A stretch of DNA of 64,000 nucleotides from Nitrospirota bacterium (GTDB lineage: Bacteria > Nitrospirota > UBA9217). The translations under genes and the position numbers were made by a program. Each line of letters begins with the position of its first letter. The stretch's first letter is position 1. Below are positions 1 through 10,192 of this stretch, piece by piece. The notes beneath the pieces were generated by a model. The model searched no databases and had not been told where the DNA came from. It worked only from the letters and a program-made list of their open reading frames with translations. The stretch lies in the NCBI GenBank assembly GCA_963663225.1, contig OY760142.1, positions 2,624,001-2,688,000 on the forward strand. Direction: 5' to 3'.

Positions 1-133
1 TGTCGACGCAAAACCGACAGACTTTTTTTCTAACTTGAAATCTTCTTTTTCTGTCCGGTCCTTTACCGTCCCTATCTCTGTCTCTGTTTCTTGAGTCAGG
101 GGGACGCTCTGTTCTTGCTGGATATTCTGCCAT
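1..133 (-). CDS. rpsR: 30S ribosomal protein S18 (5' part; runs off the window edge)
   Basis: Manual translation from ATG at 133 gives MAEYPARTERPPDSRNRDRDRDGKGPDRKRRFQVRKKVCRFCVD. It has the RKKxCRFC motif, a GAGGAG RBS and the rpsF-ssb-rpsR order. Confidence 0.93.
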   Translation of the reverse strand, partial: MAEYPARTERPPDSRNRDRDRDGKGPDRKRRFQVRKKVCRFCVD

Positions 134-187
134 AATCGTGTACTCCTCATAATAAAGGGTAAAATGTGCGAATCAGGAGTGGAAGAG

Positions 188-598
188 TTAAAAGGGAATA
201 TCTCCTTCGTCAATCGGTGGTTCGGGAGCGGGTTCCGGATGGTTGTGACCGCCTCCTTGGCCGGCTGATGAGCGTTTTGGCATAAAATTAACCGATTGCG
301 CTACCACTTCAAGTTTATTGCGTTTTTGACCTTCTTCAGTTTCCCACCGTCGCTGTTGAAGTCTGCCGTCTATCAAAACAGAGTCTCCTTTTCCGATATA
401 TTGGCCGCAAGATTCAGCCTGCTTACCGAAAACGACGATGTCAATGTAGCTGACTTCATCTTTTGTTTCGTCACCCTGCTTATATTTACGATTGACAGCA
501 ATGGCAAAACTTGCCACAGCTATACCATTGGGGGTGTAGCGTACTTCCGGATCGCGAGTAAGGTTCCCAAGTAGAATAACTTTATTGTAGCTTGTCAT
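188..598 (-). CDS. ssb: single-stranded DNA-binding protein
   Basis: NKVILLGNLTRDPEVRY N-terminus and acidic DIPF C-terminus. Confidence 0.98.
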   Translation of the reverse strand: MTSYNKVILLGNLTRDPEVRYTPNGIAVASFAIAVNRKYKQGDETKDEVSYIDIVVFGKQAESCGQYIGKGDSVLIDGRLQQRRWETEEGQKRNKLEVVAQSVNFMPKRSSAGQGGGHNHPEPAPEPPIDEGDIPF

Positions 599-681
599 GG
601 CATTACCTCATCGTCCCGGTTATTATTGCTTCAATTGCTGTTTCGCCTGCATTTCTACAAAACAACTGTCTCCGCTATGCC

Positions 682-1047
682 TCACGCTTGAGGTTGTTCG
701 GTTCCTGTTGCCTTGGCGGCGTCCTTCTTCTTCGGCTTGGGCGGTTGTTTAGTGCGCAATTCTTTCTCAAGTTTGACGGTCAGGAATTTAATGATCGTAT
801 CGGTAAGCTTATACGTACGTTCCAACTCACTTACAACCGTCGGCGCAGACTTAAATTGAAAGAAAGCATAGTGCCCGCGCTTCTGTTTCCTGATTTCATA
901 GGCAAGCTTCTTTTTGCCCCAATCCTCGAACTTGAGCATTTCCCCGCCCTGTTTAGCGATTACATCCTGCATTTTTTTGATTATGCCTGCAGTTTCATCA
1001 TCCGAAAGATTGGGGTTAATGATAAAAATAGATTCGTAAATCGGCAT
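682..1047 (-). CDS. rpsF: 30S ribosomal protein S6
   Basis: MPIYESIFIINP...WGKKKLAYEI motif. Start trimmed to ATG 1047, which follows GGAGG. Confidence 0.96.
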   Translation of the reverse strand: MPIYESIFIINPNLSDDETAGIIKKMQDVIAKQGGEMLKFEDWGKKKLAYEIRKQKRGHYAFFQFKSAPTVVSELERTYKLTDTIIKFLTVKLEKELRTKQPPKPKKKDAAKATGTEQPQA

Positions 1048-1279
1048 TGTTTCTGCCTCCTTATGGGTTATAGCCCCCTGTAATATACTTGCAGGGAGCA
1101 AGGAGTAATCCCGAACAGTGTAGTAGCGGGAATCGACCTTACTCATTTTTTAAAGATTGAAAATAGCACAGGCTGTTTGAAAAATCAAGCCTTTTCTCTT
1201 TATTTGGCGCCAAAAGTGTATTGAGAACGCATATATCGGGCATAATTGCGCATATCGATAATTCTACGAGTATTTTGTA

Positions 1280-1308
1280 TTGACAAAAAAACTACAGTGT
1301 TTTATTAT
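1280..1308 (+). promoter_or_regulatory. sigma70-type promoter of the amino-acid operon
   Basis: TTGACA (1280-1285), 17 nt spacer, TATTAT (1303-1308). Confidence 0.6.
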
Positions 1309-1370
1309 CAATTTTACGTTTTAAATTGAATGGTTAGAAGATGAAATTTATGACAAAGAAGGGATTCCGT

Positions 1371-2546
1371 ATGCCCGAGCAGTTTGGCAGAATAAAACGA
1401 TTACCACCCTATGTATTTGCTATTGTCAATGCCATGAAGATTGATGCACGCAGAAAGGGTGAGGATATTATTGATCTGGGCATGGGAAATCCTGATCAAG
1501 GCACGCCTCAACATATAGTTGATAAGCTCATAGAAGCCGCTCAAAACCCCAAAAATCATCGCTACTCGGCTTCCAAAGGCATAACAAAACTGCGTTCCGC
1601 CATATGTGACTGGTACAAAAGAAACCATAATGTCGACCTCGATCCTGAGTCTGAAGCCGTAGTGACCATGGGGTCCAAGGAAGGGTTGTCTCATCTCGCA
1701 TTAGCCACAATCGAGCCGGGAGATGTGGTTTTCACGACCACACCGGCGTATCCTATCCATCCCTATGCGGTAATCATCGCCGGCGGGGAGGTGCGCTCTA
1801 TTCCACTCAGGAAAGACAGAGATTTTTTTGCTGATATGCTGGAAGCATATAAAAACACATGGCCCCGCCCCAAAATGCTTATTATCAATTTCCCGAACAA
1901 TCCGACTACCATGGTTGTCAATATCGATTTTTTCCAGAAAATTGCCGATTTCGCCCGGGAAAATAATATTATTGTGGTGCACGATCTGGCATATGCAGAT
2001 CTCAATTTCGATGGATACCGCGCGCCAAGTTTTTTGGAGGCAACGGGCGCAAAAGACATTGGAGTTGAATTCTACAGCCTGACCAAAAGCTACAACATGG
2101 CAGGCTGGCGTGTGGGCTTTTGCGTGGGGAACAGGGACATTGTGGCCGCACTGATCAAGATTAAAAGCTACCTGGATTATGGAATGTTCCAACCTGTTCA
2201 AATAGCGTCAATTATTGCTCTGAACGGACCACAGGAGTGTGTGAAAGAAATTTGCACTATGTATCAGTCTCGCAGGGACGCGCTGATCGAAGGACTTGGT
2301 AAAGCCGGCTGGAACATTGAAAAACCGAAGGGGACCATGTTTGTCTGGGCAGAGATTCCGGAACCGTTCAAAAAAATGGGTTCGCTGGAATTTTCAAAGC
2401 TTCTTATCAAGGACGCGAAAGTGGCCGTTTCTCCCGGCATAGGTTTCGGTGAGCACGGCGAGGGATATGTACGTTTCGCGCTGGTGGAGAATGAGCATCG
2501 GATACGACAGGCGGCTAAAGGAATAAAACAGGCGTTGCAGAAATGA
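1371..2546 (+). CDS. alaC: PLP-dependent class I/II aminotransferase (AlaC/YfdZ or LL-DAP aminotransferase-like)
   Basis: [10 protein letters not shown] start, [30 protein letters not shown] lysine motif. Upstream ATG at 1341 is also possible. Confidence 0.8.
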   Translation: MPEQFGRIKRLPPYVFAIVNAMKIDARRKGEDIIDLGMGNPDQGTPQHIVDKLIEAAQNPKNHRYSASKGITKLRSAICDWYKRNHNVDLDPESEAVVTMGSKEGLSHLALATIEPGDVVFTTTPAYPIHPYAVIIAGGEVRSIPLRKDRDFFADMLEAYKNTWPRPKMLIINFPNNPTTMVVNIDFFQKIADFARENNIIVVHDLAYADLNFDGYRAPSFLEATGAKDIGVEFYSLTKSYNMAGWRVGFCVGNRDIVAALIKIKSYLDYGMFQPVQIASIIALNGPQECVKEICTMYQSRRDALIEGLGKAGWNIEKPKGTMFVWAEIPEPFKKMGSLEFSKLLIKDAKVAVSPGIGFGEHGEGYVRFALVENEHRIRQAAKGIKQALQK

Positions 2547-2613
2547 CCCCTTTAAAGATCATGGAGCATGAGGATGCCTCCCTGCCCATAATCCGAAATC
2601 ATACGGAGATGTC

Positions 2614-3927
2614 ATGACAGCCAAGAAAACAATCAATGTTGGCATTATCGGTTTGGGTACCGTCGGAACAGGAACGGCGCGTATTCTTATTGAAAATGCG
2701 GATATCATTCAACGCAGACTCGGTGCGCGCGTCATCCTCAGCAAAGTAGCAGATATTGACATTCGGCGCGACCGCGGTCTGGATCTTGCCGGGGTGAAGC
2801 TTACGGCAGATGCCAATGATGTCATACAGGATCCCACTATTGATATCGTCATAGAGCTTATCGGAGGCTATAAGCCCGCGAAAGAGTTTATCCTGGACGC
2901 GATTAAGCAGCATAAGCATGTGGTTACTGCAAATAAAGCGCTTCTCGCCGTTCATGGAGAAGAACTGTATGCTGCAGCTGAGAAAACAGGGGCTATGCTC
3001 GGGTATGAAGCTTCCGTGGCAGGCGGCATCCCGATTCTTGCAGCTCTCAAAGACGGACTCGCCGCAAATAATATCAAGTCTATCTATGCTATTGTAAATG
3101 GTACCTGCAATTATATTCTGACTCAAATGACGAATGAGGGGAGAAAATTCGACGAAGTCCTGAGAGAGGCACAGTCGAAAGGTTATGCAGAAGCGGATCC
3201 GACTTTCGATATTGAAGGCATCGATTCGGCTCACAAATTGGCAATTCTTGCCATGCTTTCTTATGGGACGCCCGTATCTTTTAAAGACATTTATACGGAA
3301 GGCATTTCGAAAATAACGCCCCTCGACATCGATTTCGCGCGCGATCTGGGTTATAAAATCAAGCTTCTTGCAATTACGAAAACCGTAAATGGTGAAATCG
3401 AAGCGAGAGTGCATCCTACCATGCTCCCGAAGGATTTTCCGATAGCAACAGTTGATGGCGTCTATAATGCCCTCTCCGTCGTGGGAGATGCCGTAGGTTC
3501 CACTCTTTTTTACGGCAGAGGTGCAGGAGACATGCCCACAGGAAGCGCCGTGGTGAGCGACGTTATTAACATCAGCAAAGATATCCTGGCAGGATGTACA
3601 AACCGTTCGCCGATAGCCGCTTTCAGAGAACGGTCTTCACTTGCAATACGCAAAATGGACGATATCACATCCTGTTATTATCTGCGCTTCACCGCCATGG
3701 ACAAGCCCGGCGTCCTCTCGCGGATATCAGGAGTGCTCGGCAGGAATAACATCAGCATCGAATCGGTCATTCAAAAAGGCCGAGGATCTGCAGAAGCTGT
3801 TCCGCTGGTGATGATGAGTCACGAAGCCGTGGAGCGAGATGTGCGCACTGCTCTTGAAGAGATCAATAATATGGATTGTGTTGCTGGCCCGACGATGGTA
3901 ATCCGGGTGGAAGATGAGAAGAAATAG
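2614..3927 (+). CDS. hom: homoserine dehydrogenase with C-terminal ACT domain
   Basis: GLGTVG, VVTANKA, EASVAGGIP, GYAEADPTFDIEGID and ACT DKPGVL motifs. Confidence 0.97.
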   Translation: MTAKKTINVGIIGLGTVGTGTARILIENADIIQRRLGARVILSKVADIDIRRDRGLDLAGVKLTADANDVIQDPTIDIVIELIGGYKPAKEFILDAIKQHKHVVTANKALLAVHGEELYAAAEKTGAMLGYEASVAGGIPILAALKDGLAANNIKSIYAIVNGTCNYILTQMTNEGRKFDEVLREAQSKGYAEADPTFDIEGIDSAHKLAILAMLSYGTPVSFKDIYTEGISKITPLDIDFARDLGYKIKLLAITKTVNGEIEARVHPTMLPKDFPIATVDGVYNALSVVGDAVGSTLFYGRGAGDMPTGSAVVSDVINISKDILAGCTNRSPIAAFRERSSLAIRKMDDITSCYYLRFTAMDKPGVLSRISGVLGRNNISIESVIQKGRGSAEAVPLVMMSHEAVERDVRTALEEINNMDCVAGPTMVIRVEDEKK

Positions 3928-4002
3928 CACGATAGAATGCTGCTGATGTTTTGCTGCTGGATCGAATCCATTGTACTGCATTGACGACATCAAAGCCGAA
4001 TC

Positions 4003-4266
4003 ATGATCGGTGATCAAAAATCTGATATTACGCTCGATATAAAAGGAGAGGTCTGTCCTTATACGTTTGTCCGCTCCAAACTGGCTCTCGAAAAAATGAA
4101 CGTGGGAGAAGTCCTCGAAATCATTACGGATTATAACCAGGCTCGGGAGGATATCCCCAGGAATTTTTCAAATGAGGGGCAGCAGATTATCGCAATTGAG
4201 CAGACCGCTGCGGATGAATGGCATATTTTTATCCGAAAAGCAGCGAAAAAACCGGAACAAAAGTAA
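4003..4266 (+). CDS. tusA: TusA/SirA-family sulfur carrier
   Basis: LDIKGEVCPYTFVRSKLAL, the CPxP-like TusA motif. Confidence 0.85.
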   Translation: MIGDQKSDITLDIKGEVCPYTFVRSKLALEKMNVGEVLEIITDYNQAREDIPRNFSNEGQQIIAIEQTAADEWHIFIRKAAKKPEQK

Positions 4267-4315
4267 AAGCTCAGATTCTGAAATTGCTTTTGTGCGAGAA
4301 CTTTGAACTGCAATT

Positions 4316-5113
4316 ATGGATTTTACAGAAGATCAGATACTACGATATAGCAGACACATTCTGCTTCCAGAGGTCGGCGGCGAGGGACAGGAAAAGCTCC
4401 TGAAGGCTAGGGTCGCACTGGTAGGTGCAGGTGGTCTCGGTTCTGTTGCCGGCTACTATCTTGCTGCTGCAGGCGTCGGTATGATCGGCCTCATCGACGA
4501 CGATAGAGTGGAGATATCAAATCTTCAGCGACAGATCGCACACAATATGAAAAGAGTAGGGATGTTCAAAACCGATTCAGCCAAAGAAACCTACGAAACG
4601 CTGAATCCTGATGTGGCGATAACAACATGGAAGGAACGGTTGACGGCGCGGAATATTAAAAGCATTTTTTCCGAATACGACATTGTCGTCGATGGGAGCG
4701 ATAATTTCCCTACCCGCTATCTTGTTAATGATGCATGTGTTATGCTCAAAAAACCGCTGGTAAGTGCGGCGGTTTTTCGCTTTGAAGGGCAGGTAATGAC
4801 CATTTTCCCGGGAGAAGGGCCCTGCTATCGGTGCCTTTTCGAAAGCCCTCCACCGCCTGGAATGGTTCCTTCATGCCAGGAAGCCGGAGTTTTAGGTGTG
4901 GTTCCCGGCATTATTGGAACGATACAGGCAGCGGAGGTCATTAAGGTTATTTTGGGCATCGGCCATCCGCTCGCGGGAGCTCTTCTGCTTTTTAATGCGC
5001 TTGAGATGAGCTTTCGAAGAATAAAAATTCCGCGCAATCGAGAATGCGTGATGTGCGGTGATCATCCAACCATTACGGACTTGATTGATTCTGAACAAGT
5101 TTGCTCATTGTAA
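4316..5113 (+). CDS. moeB: MoeB/ThiF-family E1-like adenylyltransferase
   Basis: RYSRHILLPEVG, GAGGLG, SNLQRQ, DNFPTRYLVND, CYRC...CVMC zinc motifs. Confidence 0.9.
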   Translation: MDFTEDQILRYSRHILLPEVGGEGQEKLLKARVALVGAGGLGSVAGYYLAAAGVGMIGLIDDDRVEISNLQRQIAHNMKRVGMFKTDSAKETYETLNPDVAITTWKERLTARNIKSIFSEYDIVVDGSDNFPTRYLVNDACVMLKKPLVSAAVFRFEGQVMTIFPGEGPCYRCLFESPPPPGMVPSCQEAGVLGVVPGIIGTIQAAEVIKVILGIGHPLAGALLLFNALEMSFRRIKIPRNRECVMCGDHPTITDLIDSEQVCSL

Positions 5114-5197
5114 CTGAATCACGGCAGTCAGTTGCTGATATAAAATTTCCCGGTATTTTCTGCTTGAGAGGAAACATCATACTGTTTTTATTGTCGG

Positions 5198-5605
5198 ATG
5201 CTGACTATTTCGAGTTCTGATGTTCAGAAGATTTTTTCACATTGCAGCAGCGCACTCCCCAATGAGGCGTGTGGAATTCTTGCCGGGCATGCGGGAAACG
5301 TCGAACGCGTATATCGCATGACAAACGCGGAGGCAAGTCCGAATTTTTATCGCATGGATTCGGCGGAGCAGTTTAAGGTACTGCGGGAAATATATCACAC
5401 TGGTCTGGATCTTGTCGGCATTTATCACTCACACACGGACAGCCGGGCGTATCCGTCACCTGTTGATATAGAGTTGGCATACTATCCCGAGGCAGTTTAT
5501 ATGATTATTGCAGGAGACGGCAAAAACTCTTTTCTGGCTAAAGGATATAATATAGTTGAGGGAACAGTCACCGAGGTCCCTCTGAATATTCTAGAGGCAC
5601 GATAG
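5198..5605 (+). CDS. JAB/Mov34 (M67) metalloprotease, Mec/HcyD-like
   Basis: PNEACGIL ... IYHSHT..AYPSPVD JAMM motif. Confidence 0.9.
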   Translation: MLTISSSDVQKIFSHCSSALPNEACGILAGHAGNVERVYRMTNAEASPNFYRMDSAEQFKVLREIYHTGLDLVGIYHSHTDSRAYPSPVDIELAYYPEAVYMIIAGDGKNSFLAKGYNIVEGTVTEVPLNILEAR

Positions 5606-5608
5606 CAG

Positions 5609-6841
5609 ATGAGTTATGTGAAATGCTTGCGATGCATGGAATGCGGCAGGGAATATGTGGTAGGCCCACTGTACGTATGCGACTTCTGCTTCGGTCCTCT
5701 TGAAGTTGCGTACGATTACGAAGCCATTAAAGCTGATATGACAAAGCGGGAGATTGAGTCGCGGCGGCATACTATGTGGCGCTACCGTGAATTACTGCCG
5801 CTCGAAGGGGAGCCTGTTACAGGCGTGGATACCGGATTTACCCCGCTTGTGAATGCCGGTAATCTTGCAAAAGAATGGGGTGTCAAAGAGATCTTTTTAA
5901 AAGACGATTCGGTAAATCATCCAACCCTTTCATTCAAAGACCGTGTCGCAGCCGTTGCAATTACCAAGGCCAAGGAGTTTGGATTCGACACCGTCGCGTG
6001 TGCGTCGACCGGCAATCTGGCAAATTCCGTTGCGGCTCAGTCTGCCCGGGCTGGGATGAAATGTTTTATTTTCACCCCATCCGACATCGAACTTTCAAAG
6101 ACCATCAATTCTCTGATCTATGATCCTTATCTTGTACGCATTGATGGCACGTATGACGATGTCAACCGGCTTTGTTCTGAAATTGCGAACAAACACCATT
6201 GGGCGTTTATGAATATCAATATCCGCCCGTTCTACGGCGAAGGATCAAAATCCCTTGGCTTTGAGATCGCGGAGCAGCTCGGCTGGAATACACCGCATAG
6301 CATTGTCGTCCCCTGTGCCGGGGGGTCGCTGCTGACCAAAATATGGAAATCTTTTAAAGAGCTGGAAAGGCTTGCTTTTGTCGCACCGGTAAAAACAAAA
6401 ATGTTTGCAGCGCAAGCCGAAGGGTGTAATCCGATCGTTGCGGCTATCAAGGACGGAAATGAGATTATCAAGCCCGTAAAACCAAGGACCATCGCCAAGT
6501 CCCTTGCCATCGGGAATCCGGCTGATGGATATTATGCGGCCAAAGTTGCGCGAAACACAGGCGGTTTCGGCGAGGACGCATCCGATCAGGAGATTATTGA
6601 TGCGATAAAGCTTCTGGCGCGAACAGAAGGCATTTTTACGGAAACCGCCGGTGGTGTAACTATTGCTGCCGCAAAAAAACTGATAGAGTCCGGTATGATT
6701 CACAACGATGAAACACTGGTCCTTTGCATTACCGGAAACGGACTGAAAACGACCGAAGCGGTCATGAACAGTCTTGCCAAGCCATTTTTAATCAAACCGG
6801 ACATAGAGTCGTTTGAAGATATTCTCAAACACGTGCTCTAA
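5609..6841 (+). CDS. thrC: threonine synthase family PLP enzyme with N-terminal CxxC-CxxC knuckle
   Basis: PTLSFKDR, CASTGNLA, FTETAGGV and ITGNGLKT motifs. Confidence 0.85.
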   Translation: MSYVKCLRCMECGREYVVGPLYVCDFCFGPLEVAYDYEAIKADMTKREIESRRHTMWRYRELLPLEGEPVTGVDTGFTPLVNAGNLAKEWGVKEIFLKDDSVNHPTLSFKDRVAAVAITKAKEFGFDTVACASTGNLANSVAAQSARAGMKCFIFTPSDIELSKTINSLIYDPYLVRIDGTYDDVNRLCSEIANKHHWAFMNINIRPFYGEGSKSLGFEIAEQLGWNTPHSIVVPCAGGSLLTKIWKSFKELERLAFVAPVKTKMFAAQAEGCNPIVAAIKDGNEIIKPVKPRTIAKSLAIGNPADGYYAAKVARNTGGFGEDASDQEIIDAIKLLARTEGIFTETAGGVTIAAAKKLIESGMIHNDETLVLCITGNGLKTTEAVMNSLAKPFLIKPDIESFEDILKHVL

Positions 6842-6887
6842 TTTTCTTGTTTCAAGCAGCATTCGGACATTTCCGGGAGCGTGATCG

Positions 6888-7259
6888 ATGTCAGTAAAAG
6901 TAAGAATACCCACTCCATTGCAAAAACTCGCGAATGGAAGCCATGAAGTGGAATGCAGTGCCAAAAATATTCAGGAACTTGTGGATTCCCTTGAGAAGAG
7001 TTTTCCCGGAATGAAGGACCGTCTAATGGAAACCGGTAAAATCAGACGGTTTGTTAATATTTATGTGAACGACGAAGACATCCGTTTTATGAATAAAGAA
7101 GAAACCCTCCTGCATGAGGGAGATGTCGTTTCTATCGTACCTGCGATTGCAGGAGGAAGCATGGCATTTCTAATTACTCTTGAAAAGGACCGTAGTATGC
7201 TTGTTTCAAGATGTGCCTTGCAAAAGCAGAGGAGATTGCATGACTATAAAAAGGATTAA
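6888..7259 (+). CDS. MoaD/ThiS/CysO ubiquitin-like sulfur carrier with a 33-aa extension after the GG
   Basis: VRIPTPL...FVNIYVNDEDIRF...SIVPAIAGG, then SMAFL...KKD. Confidence 0.9.
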   Translation: MSVKVRIPTPLQKLANGSHEVECSAKNIQELVDSLEKSFPGMKDRLMETGKIRRFVNIYVNDEDIRFMNKEETLLHEGDVVSIVPAIAGGSMAFLITLEKDRSMLVSRCALQKQRRLHDYKKD

Positions 7260-7482
7260 ATTGATTTTCCCACAGGAATTGATAAAACAACCGGTAATCT
7301 TTACAATGGCCAGGGAATTCGACGTGATGCCGAATATCCGAAGCGCACGGGTGACCGAAGATACCGGAGAAGTGGTATTGGAGCTTGAAGGGACTGCAAA
7401 AAATCTCGAAGACGGCATTGCTTACCTCAAAAGGAAAGGGGTCCGAGTCGAACCTGTTGAAGGCGACATCATAACATCCTGA
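7240..7482 (+). CDS. NIL-domain protein
   Basis: LIFPQELIKQPVIF...NIRSARV..GEVVLELEG...GVRVEP. ATG 7240 follows GAGGAG. Confidence 0.8.
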   Translation: MTIKRIKLIFPQELIKQPVIFTMAREFDVMPNIRSARVTEDTGEVVLELEGTAKNLEDGIAYLKRKGVRVEPVEGDIITS

Positions 7483-7570
7483 TGTCCGGCAGGCAGGATC
7501 GCTAATCTCAGATAAGGAGTCCGATAGGCAACCAGAGTCTGCGGCAAATGCTCAGGTTGCTTGAAAAAAT

Positions 7571-8800
7571 ATGAAATATATTATTTTGCTTGGGGATGGT
7601 ATGGCGGACAGGCCCCATAAAGACTTGAACGGCATGACTTGCCTGATGGCGGCAAAGACGCCAAACCTTGATAAACTGGCGACGATCGGAACGGTCGGCA
7701 TGGTGCATACGATACCAACTGGTTTTCCTCCCGGCAGCGATGTCGCAAATCTGAGCGTCATGGGCTATGACCCACGAAAATATTATAGTGGCAGATCGCC
7801 TCTCGAGGCCGCTAGTATCGGGGTAAATCTTGATCCCGATGATGTTGCATACCGGTGCAATCTTGTGACACTTCGCATCGCGGGGACAAAAGCACCATTT
7901 TTAAGTTCCGGACGCTCTGTGATCCTGGAAGATTTCAGCGCAGATCATATTACAACCGATGAGGCACGGCTGCTTATTGAAGAAATAGATGATAAGCTTG
8001 GCAGCGATCGCATCCGCTTCTATCCCGGGGTAAGCTATCGACACCTCATGGTATGGAAGGGCGGTAAAGACAAGATTGAGTGTACGCCTCCTCATGATAT
8101 TCAGGACAAAATTATTCAGGATTATTTGCCGTGCGGTGAAGGAGACGACGTCATCAAATCTCTTATGGAAGAATCCATAGACCTTCTCCAGAATCATCCG
8201 GTTAATAAAAAGAGGCAGGAAACCGGAAAACGGATCGCGAACAGCATCTGGCTCTGGGGACAGGGAAAACGTCCCGCCATGCCGACATTCAGAGAAAAAT
8301 ACGGTTTAGAAGGCGCTATGATATCAGCGGTTGATCTTACCAAAGGTATTGGCATTTATGCGGGATTTGAAGTTATCAATGTTCCTGGTGCGACTGGATG
8401 GATAGATACCAATTACATCGGAAAAGCAGAGCACGCGCTTTGGGCGCTTAAAACAAAAGACATTGCGTATGTTCACGTTGAAGCCCCCGACGAAGCAGGA
8501 CACGCCGGAGATTTAAAAAATAAAATCAAGGCAATTGAAGACTTTGATGAACTGCTTGTCGGAAATATCATGCATGGAATGAAACAGTTTGATGAATACC
8601 GGATTCTAGTCCTTCCGGACCATCCTACACCCATAGAAATCAGAACACATTCTAATGAAGCGGTTCCCTTTGTCTTGTATGATAGTAAGTCGGAGCGTAA
8701 AGATGGTCCTGTGTTGTATGATGAACATATCGCTGACCGTTCGGATGCACTGGTGTTTAAAGAAGGGCATACTCTTATGGACCATTTTTTGAAAAAATAA
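7571..8800 (+). CDS. ApgM-family cofactor-independent phosphoglycerate mutase / proposed homoserine kinase
   Basis: GDGMAD, PGSDVAN, HVEAPDEAGH, PDHPTP metal motifs; lies within the thr operon. Confidence 0.85.
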   Translation: MKYIILLGDGMADRPHKDLNGMTCLMAAKTPNLDKLATIGTVGMVHTIPTGFPPGSDVANLSVMGYDPRKYYSGRSPLEAASIGVNLDPDDVAYRCNLVTLRIAGTKAPFLSSGRSVILEDFSADHITTDEARLLIEEIDDKLGSDRIRFYPGVSYRHLMVWKGGKDKIECTPPHDIQDKIIQDYLPCGEGDDVIKSLMEESIDLLQNHPVNKKRQETGKRIANSIWLWGQGKRPAMPTFREKYGLEGAMISAVDLTKGIGIYAGFEVINVPGATGWIDTNYIGKAEHALWALKTKDIAYVHVEAPDEAGHAGDLKNKIKAIEDFDELLVGNIMHGMKQFDEYRILVLPDHPTPIEIRTHSNEAVPFVLYDSKSERKDGPVLYDEHIADRSDALVFKEGHTLMDHFLKK

Positions 8801-8903
8801 CGCTGAAAGGATGGAGGTGCAGTTTTTTTGCTTACCGATCTTCCTGGCAGATATCTCACAAATATCAAAAAAGTTTTATTTTAGGAAATAGGGGGGATAA
8901 CAA

Positions 8904-10121
8904 TTGCTTATAGTCCAAAAATACGGCGGCACGTCCGTGGGAAATCCCGAACGGATCAAGAATGTGGCGAAGCGCGTCGTACGTGCCAAAGAGCAGGGGC
9001 ACCAGGTGGTGGTCGTTGTTTCGGCCATGAGTGGAGAAACGGACAAACTTATTAATCTTGCGGCGCAGGTCAACGATAATCCTGATCCGCGTGAAATGGA
9101 CATGCTTGTGTCAACGGGTGAACGGGTGACGATTGCCTTGCTGGCCATGGCTATACAGGCATTGGGGTACAAAGCTCAATCGTTCACCGGCCGTCAGGCA
9201 GGAATCATTTCAGACAGCATTCATACCAAAGCGAGAATTGAAAGAATACATGCGGATCGGCTTACGAAAGCAATTCAGGAAGATAACATTGCGGTCGTGG
9301 CGGGATTTCAGGGGATTAACGAGAAGTCTGATGTAACGACTCTGGGACGCGGAGGATCAGACCTGACCGCAGTAGCTATCGCGGCTGCATTAAAAGCTGA
9401 TTTCTGCGATATTTATACCGACGTGGACGGCGTCTATACAACGGATCCGAACATGGTGCCACAGGCTAGAAAGCTCAACAAAATATCTTATGATGAAATG
9501 CTTGAAATGGCGAGTTCCGGCGCGAAAGTGCTTCAGAGTCGTTCGGTAGAGTTTGCAAAAAAATATAACGTTCCCGTGCGGGTGCTTTCCAGCTTCAATG
9601 ACAACCCCGGTACACTGGTGACAAAGGAGGATTCGGAAATGGAAAATGTTGTGGTGTCCGGAGTTGCGTATGACAAAAATCAAGTGAAGGTGACCGTATC
9701 CGGTGTTCCAGACAAACCGGGCGTTGCTGCGAAAATTTTCGGCGAGATAGCGGACAATTCCATTGTCGTTGATATGATTATCCAAAATATCGGTGAGGGC
9801 GGATTGACGGACATGTCCTTTACGGTCACCAGAACGGACGTCAAAAAATGTATGGATGTTATGAAGAAAGTCGTGTCCGAGATTGGAGCAAAAGGCGTGA
9901 GCTTTAAGGAGGAAATCGCAAAAATTTCGATCATCGGCGTGGGCATGCGGTCCCATTCCGGAGTGGCTGCGCAGATGTTTTCTGCTCTTGCGAAAGAGGG
10001 GATCAATATTATGATGATCAGCACTTCGGAAATCAAAATATCCTGTGTAATTGATGCGAAATATACGGAACTTGCGGTTCGGGTATTGCATGAAACGTTC
10101 CATATGGATAAGGCAGCATAA
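8904..10121 (+). CDS. lysC: aspartate kinase
   Basis: [18 protein letters not shown], two ACT domains; TTG start. Confidence 0.97.
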   Translation: MLIVQKYGGTSVGNPERIKNVAKRVVRAKEQGHQVVVVVSAMSGETDKLINLAAQVNDNPDPREMDMLVSTGERVTIALLAMAIQALGYKAQSFTGRQAGIISDSIHTKARIERIHADRLTKAIQEDNIAVVAGFQGINEKSDVTTLGRGGSDLTAVAIAAALKADFCDIYTDVDGVYTTDPNMVPQARKLNKISYDEMLEMASSGAKVLQSRSVEFAKKYNVPVRVLSSFNDNPGTLVTKEDSEMENVVVSGVAYDKNQVKVTVSGVPDKPGVAAKIFGEIADNSIVVDMIIQNIGEGGLTDMSFTVTRTDVKKCMDVMKKVVSEIGAKGVSFKEEIAKISIIGVGMRSHSGVAAQMFSALAKEGINIMMISTSEIKISCVIDAKYTELAVRVLHETFHMDKAA

Positions 10122-10192
10122 AGCGCAAAACAGGACTGCTCTCAATAGCAATCCGTAATTATTAGACACGAAATAATCGCACAGTTTCTTTT

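Noticed and set aside
2599-3414. Long antisense ORFs (also 10538-11491, 36280-37092, 45560-46585, 50322-51113, 58519-59484)
   Set aside because: They are shadows of well-conserved genes on the opposite strand and have no recognisable motifs.
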